Assembly (NCBI GenBank): GCA_025465535.1 | Contig: JAODMY010000096.1 | Coordinates: 1,841-65,840 of the forward strand | DNA: 64,000 bases | Source: Glaciihabitans sp. | GTDB taxonomy: Bacteria; Actinomycetota; Actinomycetes; Actinomycetales; Microbacteriaceae | Direction of reading: 5' to 3' | Shown: positions 46,123 through 53,655 of the stretch, piece after piece | Layout: every line of letters begins with the position of its first letter | Numbering within the stretch: the stretch's first letter is position 1 | Notes under the pieces: generated by a model | Told to the model about the DNA's origin: nothing | Seen by the model: the letters and a program-made list of their open reading frames with translations, nothing else | Databases searched by the model: none | Made by a program: the position numbers and the translations under genes

Positions 46123-46749
46123 ATGGCTAGGCTCGGAAGCATGATCGCTCTCGAGGTCGCCGACTGGCGTCGGCGCGTGTTCCGAATGTACGCGGACGTG
46201 CGAAGCGCAACGGATCTGGCGGCCGCCCACGACCGCTGGCGGCGCAGCCGCGACGAACTGTTCGCGACGCATCCATCCACTCCTCTTCTCGCCGAGGATC
46301 GCGCGGGCTTCAGCGGACTTCCGGTCGAACCGTACGATCCTGACTGGCGTTTCGAGGTCGGGATCGAGCCGGCCGAGGCGCGTCACATGGATGTCGAGAC
46401 CGGCACCGACGGCGTGGTCCCGTTCGACCTCCTCGGTATCGCCAACGTGCCAGGGGTCGGACCGCTGGATGTCTGGAAGCTGGCGTCGTACGGCGGTGGA
46501 ATTTTCGTGCCGATCAAGGATGCGCTGCACGGCAAGCACGGCGGAACCTACGGGGGTGGCCGCTACCTGATCGACACGATCAAGGGGGCGGACCTCGGCA
46601 GCACTCCGGACTCGCTCATCCTCGACTTCAACTTCGCCTACAACCCGTCGTGCGCGTACGACCCTGCGTGGGCGTGTCCGCTCGCGCAGCCCGGCAACAC
46701 GACGACCGTCGAGATCCCGGTCGGCGAGCGCTACAGCGGCAACTACTAG
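46123..46749 (+). CDS. DUF1684-family protein
   Basis: The C-terminal part of the track ORF; start at the ATG at 46123 or 46141. WRRSRDELFATHPSTPL...GGGRYL...ILDFNFAYNPSCAYDPAWACPLAQPGN is the DUF1684 pattern. Confidence 0.7.
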   Translation: MARLGSMIALEVADWRRRVFRMYADVRSATDLAAAHDRWRRSRDELFATHPSTPLLAEDRAGFSGLPVEPYDPDWRFEVGIEPAEARHMDVETGTDGVVPFDLLGIANVPGVGPLDVWKLASYGGGIFVPIKDALHGKHGGTYGGGRYLIDTIKGADLGSTPDSLILDFNFAYNPSCAYDPAWACPLAQPGNTTTVEIPVGERYSGNY

Positions 46750-46761
46750 TCCCCGAACCAC

Positions 46762-46827
46762 GTCTGCCCCCGGGTGATGCGTCTGCCCCCGTACGTACGG
46801 GGGCAGACGCATCACCCGGGGGCAGAC
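46762..46827. repeat. 66-nt perfect palindromic intergenic repeat, copy B
   Basis: GTCTGCCCCCGGGTGATGCGTCTGCCCCCGTAC|GTACGGGGGCAGACGCATCACCCGGGGGCAGAC, a perfect 33+33 palindrome. It starts 13 nt after the DUF1684 stop. Confidence 0.9.
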
Positions 46828-47071
46828 ACGGGGTGGGCGTGGGTTTTCGGCGGTCGATACGGTCCGTCTGCTAGCCTGAGGGCACTCGCGAACCCGATGT
46901 TGGGTTTCTTGCGTCGTTGAACGCTTACTCTCTCGTCCATTTCCGCTCGTATTCGGTGCGGTTGGATTTGATGACACTTTCTCCGGCGATCGATGTTGGC
47001 CACTGCCACCGTCGCCATCCAATCGGGATCGAACTCCTTCGATATCCCGGTTCAGTTCTGAAAGATAACCC

Positions 47072-48571
47072 TTGACTGAATCACCCTTCGGCGCGCTCGG
47101 CGTGCCCGCTCCCCTCGTTGCGGCCCTCGCCGCCAACGGGATCATGGAGCCGTTCCCCATCCAGGTCGACACCCTCCCCGACACGCTGTCGGGACGGGAT
47201 GTTCTCGGCCGCGGTAAGACGGGCTCTGGCAAGACGCTCGCGTTCGGCATCCCGCTGGTCGCGCGCCTCGGGGGCAAGCTGGCCGGCGGCAACCGTCGTC
47301 CGGGTCGCCCGCTTGCGCTCATCCTCGCTCCGACTCGCGAGCTCGCAACTCAGATCACCGTCGCCATCCAGCCGCTCGCGGATGTCTACGGGCTCAAGTC
47401 CACCACGATCTTCGGCGGCGTCTCGCAGCAGCGCCAGGTCGCGGCCCTCAAGGCCGGCGTGGACATCGTCGTCGCCTGCCCCGGCCGCCTCGAAGACCTC
47501 ATGAAGCAGGGCTTCGTCACGCTGGATGCCGTCGAGATCTCGATCCTGGACGAGGCCGACCACATGGCCGACCTCGGCTTCCTGCCGGTCGTCACCCGCA
47601 TCATGGACAAGACGCCGCAGAGCGGACAGCGGATGCTGTTCAGCGCGACGCTCGATAACGGCGTCGACAAGCTCGTGCGCCGCTACCTGCACAACGAGGT
47701 CATGCACTCCGTCGACGAGGCCAACTCGCCCGTTGCCGCCATGACCCACCACGTGTTCGAGGTCGACGGGACCGATGCCAAGCGCGCGCTCATCGAGCGT
47801 CTCGCGTCCGGATCCGGCCGCCGCATCCTCTTCATGCGCACCAAGCACCACGCCAAGAAGCTCGCGCGACAGCTGACCGACTCGGGGATTCCCGCCGTCG
47901 ACCTGCACGGAAACCTCTCGCAGGTACAGCGCGACCGCAACCTCGCCGCGTTCGCCGCCGGCGACGTCAAGGTGCTCGTTGCAACGGATGTCGCGGCTCG
48001 CGGCGTTCACGTAGACGACATCGAACTCGTCATCCACGTCGACCCGCCGGCCGAGCACAAGGCATACCTGCACCGCTCGGGTCGTACCGCTCGCGCGGGC
48101 GCCGAGGGTGACGTCGTCACGCTCGTGCTCCCGGAGCAGCGCAAGGACACCGCGACGCTTCTTCGCAAGGCCGCCATCACCGTCACGCCCCAGCGAGTGG
48201 ATGCGGGATCTCCCGCCGTCACCGCGCTCGTCGGTGAGGTCGCCGCCTACGTCAAGCCGGCTCCCCGTGCGGAGGCACCCGTCCGCGGGGCGTCGCAGGG
48301 TGGACGCTCGCAGGGCGCCAACGCCCAGCGCAAGCGCGCGAACCGCGATGGCCAGTCGGGAGGCGGCCAGTCACGCGACGGGCAGTCACGAGATGGCCAG
48401 TCGCGGCAGCAGCCCCGCTCGGACCGCAGCGCGCGGCCGGCCCAGGCATCCGGCGCGGGTCGCTCAGGTGGCCAGGGTTCCGGTGGCCAGGGCGGCCAGA
48501 AGTCCGGTGGCCTCAAGGTCGGCGGTCTCGTCGGCATGAGCCAGGGTGGCGGTCGCCGCCGCGGTCGCTAG
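47072..48571 (+). CDS. DEAD-box ATP-dependent RNA helicase with an Arg/Gly/Ser/Gln-rich C-terminal tail
   Basis: 499 aa with a TTG start. Q motif FPIQ, motif I GKTGSGKT, PTRELA, DEAD variant ILDEADHM, SAT, HRSGRTARAG. The tail has GQSRD-type repeats. Confidence 0.95.
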   Translation: MTESPFGALGVPAPLVAALAANGIMEPFPIQVDTLPDTLSGRDVLGRGKTGSGKTLAFGIPLVARLGGKLAGGNRRPGRPLALILAPTRELATQITVAIQPLADVYGLKSTTIFGGVSQQRQVAALKAGVDIVVACPGRLEDLMKQGFVTLDAVEISILDEADHMADLGFLPVVTRIMDKTPQSGQRMLFSATLDNGVDKLVRRYLHNEVMHSVDEANSPVAAMTHHVFEVDGTDAKRALIERLASGSGRRILFMRTKHHAKKLARQLTDSGIPAVDLHGNLSQVQRDRNLAAFAAGDVKVLVATDVAARGVHVDDIELVIHVDPPAEHKAYLHRSGRTARAGAEGDVVTLVLPEQRKDTATLLRKAAITVTPQRVDAGSPAVTALVGEVAAYVKPAPRAEAPVRGASQGGRSQGANAQRKRANRDGQSGGGQSRDGQSRDGQSRQQPRSDRSARPAQASGAGRSGGQGSGGQGGQKSGGLKVGGLVGMSQGGGRRRGR

Positions 48572-48584
48572 GTCACAGCTCGAG

Positions 48585-48624
48585 AAATGGCTCTTCCCGA
48601 ATTAGGGAGGGGCCATTTTTCTTT
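48585..48624 (+). terminator. Rho-independent terminator of the helicase gene
   Basis: AAAUGGCUCUUCCC-gaauua-GGGAGGGGCCAUUU (14 bp including 2 G-U), followed by UUUUUCUUU. It starts 14 nt after the stop. Confidence 0.65.
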
Positions 48625-48685
48625 GTCGAGTCGGGGCATTTGCACCTTCCCGACCTCCGAGAAGGTGCCAATGCCCCGACTCGAC
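48625..48685. repeat. Long inverted repeat (25-bp stem with one mismatch)
   Basis: GTCGAGTCGGGGCATTTGCACCTTC - ccgacctccga - GAAGGTGCCAATGCCCCGACTCGAC. It lies between convergent genes, flanked by a T-run on the left and an A-run on the right. Confidence 0.6.
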
Positions 48686-48694
48686 GAAAAAAGG

Positions 48695-49234
48695 TCAGAA
48701 TAGGCGGCCGACGGAGGCTAGCGCGGCCCGCAGCAGGAAGCCGCGACCACCCTCCATTTCGGCGGCCACCGCATCCGTTGCCGCCTCGATCGGGCTCATC
48801 CAGGTCAGTTCGAGCGCGTCCTGTCGCGGTTCACAGGTGCCCGTCACCGGAACGACGTAAGCCAGCGAGACCGCGTGCTGGCGATCATCCGTGAACTGCG
48901 CGCCCGGAAACGGAAAGTATTCGGCGACCGAGAACGGCACGGGCGAAGTCGGCAGCAGGGGGAACGCCATCGGGCCGAGGTCCTTTTCGAGGTGGCGATA
49001 GAGGGCATCCCGAAGCGTCTCGCCGAACATGACCCGGCCGGAGACGAGCGTGCGCGTGATGTCGCCGTCGGAGTTCGCCCGCAACAGGACGCCGACCTCG
49101 GTGACCTGGCCGAGCCCATCCACTCGCACGGGCACCGCCTCGACGTAGAGGAGCGGAAGCCGTCGCCTCGCCTCGGCGAGTTCTTCGTCAGACAGCCAGC
49201 CGGGATTCGGGTCGGGGGTACCCACGGAGCTCAT
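48695..49234 (-). CDS. Nudix-fold protein with a degenerate Nudix box
   Basis: 179 aa. GRVMFGETLRDALYRHLEKDLG aligns to GX5EX7REUXEEXGU but lacks the REx2EE glutamates. Confidence 0.5.
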   Translation of the reverse strand: MSSVGTPDPNPGWLSDEELAEARRRLPLLYVEAVPVRVDGLGQVTEVGVLLRANSDGDITRTLVSGRVMFGETLRDALYRHLEKDLGPMAFPLLPTSPVPFSVAEYFPFPGAQFTDDRQHAVSLAYVVPVTGTCEPRQDALELTWMSPIEAATDAVAAEMEGGRGFLLRAALASVGRLF

Positions 49235-49416
49235 GCTCCATTCTTACCCACGGTGGGCCCCATCCCGGTCGCGGCAGGCCCGGTCATAGCTCACGCAGGT
49301 CACTGTCAAGGCAAGCACAGTGATGAGTCGCAGTCGGTTGATAGGCTCAAAGCGAACGACTGCGGGTCTCCCGCGACGATGCCCGGGCCGCTCTTCACTC
49401 ATACCCGGGAGCACCC

Positions 49417-50187
49417 TTGACCAGAACAGCCATCGTGACCGGCGGTTCGCGCGGCATCGGCCGACGCGTCGCCGAAACCCTCGCGGCCGACGGTTTCCAC
49501 GTCATCCTTACTTTTCGCAGGAACGGGGAGCTGGCCAATGAGGTCGTCGCCGGGATCCGGGATGCCGGTGGCTCGGCCGTCGCGGTCCGCCTCGAACTCG
49601 AGTCCGAGGCTGACATCGACGCGCTGTTCGCCGAGCACCTCCCCGAGGGCCAGCGCCTCGACCTCCTGATCGCGAGTGCCGCGGCGAGCGCTTTCCACCC
49701 CGTCGCGGAACTCAAGGTCCACCATCTCGAGCGCTCGTGGGCGACCAATGTCAGGTCGTTCGTTCAGCTCAGCCAGCGTGCCGTACCGCGCATGACCGAC
49801 GGCGGACGCATCGTCGCGATCACGAGCTACGGATCGGTTCGAGCCTTCCCCGGCTATGGCGCGATCGGCGCAGACAAGGCGGCGATCGAATCCTGGGTCC
49901 GGCACATGGCTGCCGAGTTCGGCCGCAGCGGCGTCACGGTCAACGCCGTCAACGCCGGCCTGGTCGACACCGACTCGCTCCGGCACTACTACGAGCGACC
50001 GGGCGTCCCCCCGATTGAATCCATCGTCGCGAAGATCCCGCTCGGCCGGGTGGGAACCGTGGATGACGTGGCCGGTGCGGTCAAATTCCTCACCGGCCCG
50101 CACGGCGGCTATGTCACCGGCCATGTCCTCACCGTCGATGGCGGTCTCACCGTCGTCGCTCCGCCCTTCTGGTCCGAATTTCCGTAA
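49417..50187 (+). CDS. Short-chain dehydrogenase/reductase (FabG-like)
   Basis: 256 aa with a TTG start after GGGAG. TGGSRGIG Rossmann motif, YGAIGADKAA (YxxxK), and the C-terminus GHVLTVDGG. Confidence 0.85.
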   Translation: MTRTAIVTGGSRGIGRRVAETLAADGFHVILTFRRNGELANEVVAGIRDAGGSAVAVRLELESEADIDALFAEHLPEGQRLDLLIASAAASAFHPVAELKVHHLERSWATNVRSFVQLSQRAVPRMTDGGRIVAITSYGSVRAFPGYGAIGADKAAIESWVRHMAAEFGRSGVTVNAVNAGLVDTDSLRHYYERPGVPPIESIVAKIPLGRVGTVDDVAGAVKFLTGPHGGYVTGHVLTVDGGLTVVAPPFWSEFP

Positions 50188-50247
50188 GCCAGATGGCGAC
50201 CCGTCGCCCATCCCCTCAATGCACAAGCAAGGAAGAAGCACCACACC

Positions 50248-51939
50248 ATGACGCTCGTTGACTCACCCGCCCCCGTGACTCGCAACAGCGAATACGACCC
50301 CAGCGCACTGAAGAACGTGTTCGAGCAGAACTTCACGTTCGCGTCGGGAGTCGAACGCAACATCCACCGCTACTCATCGCAGCTCGCCCTCACCGACTCT
50401 GACACCGGGCAGACCTGGACCTACAAGCAACTCGGCGAGGTTACCGGACAGCTTGTCGCGGGTCTCCGGGCCAACGGGGTCGGGATCGGCGACATCGTCG
50501 CGTACCAGCTCATGAACCGTCCGGAGTTCGCGTTCCTCTATGTCGCGGCCCAGGGCCTTCGAGCCGTCAGTTCGCCCATGAACTTCCGGCTGGCTCCCGC
50601 CGAGATCGCGTTCATCCTCGCCGACTCGAAACCCGCCATCTACTTCTATGACGCCGCGGACTCCGAGACGATCGGCAAGGCACTGGCACTGTCGGAGTTC
50701 GCGCCGCCCGTGATCGTGGCCGTCGGCGAGGGCACGCCCGTGCCCGGCTCCCTCGCGTTCGAGGATCTGCTGGTGAAGGATGCGCCCAGCTTCCGTGCGC
50801 CATCCGGCGGCAATGCGTGGGATGAGACCAGCAGGCTCTACACCTCCGGCACGACCGGGATGCCCAAGGCCGTCCCGCTCACGAGCCTCAACGAGGTGCT
50901 CACCGCGCACGACGTCATCATGCACATGTCGCTCGTGCCGGGGGATAAGACCATGAACATGTCGCCGTGGTTCCACCGCGGTGGCAACTACTGCGCCGGC
51001 CCGAACACCATGTTCTATCTCGGTGGCTCAGTCGTGACCTTCCCGCGCTTCGACGCCGACCGAATGCTCGACCTCATCGAGGAGCACGAGCTCAGCTACA
51101 TCATCGGAGCGCCGACGAACCTCGAGCGACTTGCCGACGCGCAGGAGACGACGCCGCGCGACCTGTCGACCCTCAAGGGCATCGTGACCATGGGTGCTCC
51201 ATTCGAGCGGGAGGCAGCGCTGCGATACCAGAAGGTGCTGAGCCCGCGGATCGCCAACGGCTACGGAACGACCGAGGCGTTCTGGAACACATTCCTTCGC
51301 CCGGAGGATCTGACCACGGCTGCCGGAGCAGCTGGTCGGGCCTGCATCGACGACGACGTCGTCGTGGTCAAGGTGTACGCCGATCGGCTTGCCGACCCGG
51401 ATGACCTCGTCGCGCGAGACGGTTCGGAGATCGGCGAGGTCATCGTGCGGTCATCCAAGTCCGGCCACGCGTACATGCACAATCCGAAGGAGCAGGCGAA
51501 GAAATTCCACGATGGCTGGCTCTACGCTGGCGACCTCGCGACCTGGACCGACGACGAAATGATCACGGTCATCGGACGCAAGGACGACATGATCATCTCG
51601 GGCGGGGAGAATGTGCATCCCGTGCAGGTCGAGGAGGTGCTGGCCGGCCACAGCGGTGTCGCCGACTCCATCGTCACGTCCATGCCGCATCCGGAGTGGG
51701 GCGAATTGGTCGTGGCCTACGTGAAGCGGCGTCCGGGCAAGCTTGAGGATGCGGCCACGGCAGCGACCGAACTGGATGCGTTCGCCAAGTCGAGCGTGAG
51801 CCTCGCGGACTTCAAGCGCCCACGGCTCTACGCGTTCGTCGACGAGCTGCCGTACACGGCAACCGGCAAGAAGCAGCATTTCAAGCTCAAGGAGCAGTCG
51901 CTCGAGGACAACGCGGCTGGGCTGTTCCACCGGCCGTGA
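50248..51939 (+). CDS. AMP-dependent synthetase/ligase (acyl-CoA synthetase family)
   Basis: 563 aa. AMP-binding motif YTSGTTGMPKAV, ...GYGTTE..., ...YAGDLATWTDDEMITVIGRKDDMIISGGENV. Confidence 0.85.
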   Translation: MTLVDSPAPVTRNSEYDPSALKNVFEQNFTFASGVERNIHRYSSQLALTDSDTGQTWTYKQLGEVTGQLVAGLRANGVGIGDIVAYQLMNRPEFAFLYVAAQGLRAVSSPMNFRLAPAEIAFILADSKPAIYFYDAADSETIGKALALSEFAPPVIVAVGEGTPVPGSLAFEDLLVKDAPSFRAPSGGNAWDETSRLYTSGTTGMPKAVPLTSLNEVLTAHDVIMHMSLVPGDKTMNMSPWFHRGGNYCAGPNTMFYLGGSVVTFPRFDADRMLDLIEEHELSYIIGAPTNLERLADAQETTPRDLSTLKGIVTMGAPFEREAALRYQKVLSPRIANGYGTTEAFWNTFLRPEDLTTAAGAAGRACIDDDVVVVKVYADRLADPDDLVARDGSEIGEVIVRSSKSGHAYMHNPKEQAKKFHDGWLYAGDLATWTDDEMITVIGRKDDMIISGGENVHPVQVEEVLAGHSGVADSIVTSMPHPEWGELVVAYVKRRPGKLEDAATAATELDAFAKSSVSLADFKRPRLYAFVDELPYTATGKKQHFKLKEQSLEDNAAGLFHRP

Positions 51940-52060
51940 AGTTGACCCTCCTTCGCTACCCTCCTTCGGGACCTCCTTCGCAGGCGAATTCGGCGGTGGG
52001 GTCGCAGGTTGCTTCGCAACCTTCATATAGCTCCACCGCGCGTGACGTAGCGTTAACCGG

Positions 52061-52684
52061 GTGAACATCGACGCCGAGGCCGTGCTGTGGTCGGCTCCCG
52101 AACGCGAGCGCGCCGGCCGCCCGCTGCTCGTGCTGCTGCACGGGTACGCCTCCCACGAGGGCGACCTGTTCGGACTGTCGCCGCGGCTTCCGCTCGAGCC
52201 GGTCATCGCATCCGTTCGGGCACCGCTCGAAGCAAATGGTGGTTACGCGTGGTTTCCGCTCGAGCCCGGCCAGCGGGGTAACCCAGATCCGGTCAAGGTG
52301 GATGCCGCAGCGAAGGCGGTCCTCCGCTGGCTCGACACGCTCGAGTCCACGAGCGTCAGCCTCCTCGGATTCTCCCAGGGTGGCGCGATTGCCCTCCAGT
52401 TGCTGAGGATGGCGCCGCACCGATTCGCCGGGACGGTCGTGCTCTCCGGATTCCTCGCGGACGGCGTGAAGGTCGGAGACAACGAGCTCGAGGTGATGCG
52501 GCCACCGGTGTTCTGGGGCCGCGGCACCCGCGACCAGGTGATCACCTCCGAGGCCATCGAACGCACCGAACTGTGGTTACCCGAGCACTCCGACCTCACC
52601 CCGCGAATCTACGAAGATCTCGGCCACAACGTGTCTCCGGCCGAGATCGCCGACGTCAACGAGTTTCTTCGAAGCACCTTCTAG
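52061..52684 (+). CDS. Alpha/beta hydrolase, phospholipase/carboxylesterase family
   Basis: 207 aa. LLVLLHGYASHEGDL, nucleophile elbow GFSQGG, and the C-terminal D...H (GTRDQVI...DLGHNV). Confidence 0.75.
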   Translation: MNIDAEAVLWSAPERERAGRPLLVLLHGYASHEGDLFGLSPRLPLEPVIASVRAPLEANGGYAWFPLEPGQRGNPDPVKVDAAAKAVLRWLDTLESTSVSLLGFSQGGAIALQLLRMAPHRFAGTVVLSGFLADGVKVGDNELEVMRPPVFWGRGTRDQVITSEAIERTELWLPEHSDLTPRIYEDLGHNVSPAEIADVNEFLRSTF

Positions 52685-53655
52685 TGGCGGCACCAGTGCC
52701 CGACAGGGCAGAAGCAACGGGCATCGAACGCGCACTGCCATACCTGCGCTGCCCGGTGTGCATGCGAGGGATATCACTGTTCGACGGGCCGGGTGCGGGA
52801 AGCTCGGTTGCATGCCCGGTCGGGCATACATTCGATATCGCTCGCCAGGGCTACCTGTCGCTGCTCACCGCAGGGGACTCGACCGGCACGGGCGACAGCA
52901 CAGCAATGGTCGAGGCTCGCGAAGCGTTTCTCAGCCGCGGTTTCTACGACCGAATCGCGCGCGCCGTGAGCGAGGCGATCCCTGCCGAGGCGATACCTGT
53001 TAATGGGATTTCTACTGGCGCAATGTCTACTGGCGCGATGTCTATTGGCACCCACGAACTCTGTGTCGACCTCGGCGGCGGCACCGGGTTCTATCTGACC
53101 CGGGTTCTCGCCGATCATCCACGGCTCGTGGGAATCACGCTCGATCTCTCGGCGGTCGCGTCGAGACGGGCGGCCCGGGCGCATCCGCGTGCGTCGGCCA
53201 TCCGCGCGAACGTGTGGAGCCCGATCCCGATCATGGACGGCAAGGCGAGCCACGTGCTGAGCATCTTTTCGCCACGGAACATGCCGGAGGTTCGCCGGAT
53301 CCTGGCGCCGGGCGGCTCGTTCGTCATGGTGACGCCCACCCCGCAACACCTCGTCGAACTGGTCGAGCGACTCCACCTCGTCTCGGTGGACGACCGCAAG
53401 CAGGAACGCCTCGACGCGCAGTTGGCCGGGTTCGAACGCCTCTCCCACTCGCGCCAGCACTACGAGGTGCAACTCGACCGAACCGACATTCTCGCCGCGA
53501 TCCTGATGGGACCGAGTGCGCGCCACGTCGACCCCGCGGAACTCGCCGGACGGGTCGCAACCATCCCCGAACCATTTGGCGTGACCGTCTCGGTCGACGT
53601 GGCCGCGTTCTCGCCGAGCGCGATGACGGAGGCGGAGGGCAGGATGGGTGAATGA
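52684..53655 (+). CDS. RlmA-like rRNA (guanine-N1)-methyltransferase
   Basis: GTG at 52684, overlapping the preceding stop by 1 nt. Zn-ribbon LRCPVCMRGI...CPVGHTFDIARQGYLSLL, followed by a SAM motif VDLGGGTGFY. Confidence 0.7.
   Translation: MAAPVPDRAEATGIERALPYLRCPVCMRGISLFDGPGAGSSVACPVGHTFDIARQGYLSLLTAGDSTGTGDSTAMVEAREAFLSRGFYDRIARAVSEAIPAEAIPVNGISTGAMSTGAMSIGTHELCVDLGGGTGFYLTRVLADHPRLVGITLDLSAVASRRAARAHPRASAIRANVWSPIPIMDGKASHVLSIFSPRNMPEVRRILAPGGSFVMVTPTPQHLVELVERLHLVSVDDRKQERLDAQLAGFERLSHSRQHYEVQLDRTDILAAILMGPSARHVDPAELAGRVATIPEPFGVTVSVDVAAFSPSAMTEAEGRMGE

Noticed and set aside
39955-46761. The idea that the two 66-nt palindromes delimit a 6.8-kb mobile island.
   Set aside because: The interval contains no integrase, transposase, tRNA or flanking direct repeats. 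Palindromes have no orientation, and the content is ordinary (a two-component system and conserved-domain housekeeping genes). A dispersed REP-like family is the simpler reading.
46828-47071. A search for a tRNA or tmRNA-like gene in the low-GC spacers (also 28141-28530 and 39521-39886).
   Set aside because: I could assemble no T-arm GGTTCGAATCC-type motif together with an acceptor stem by eye. I make no RNA gene call without a tRNA-scanning program.
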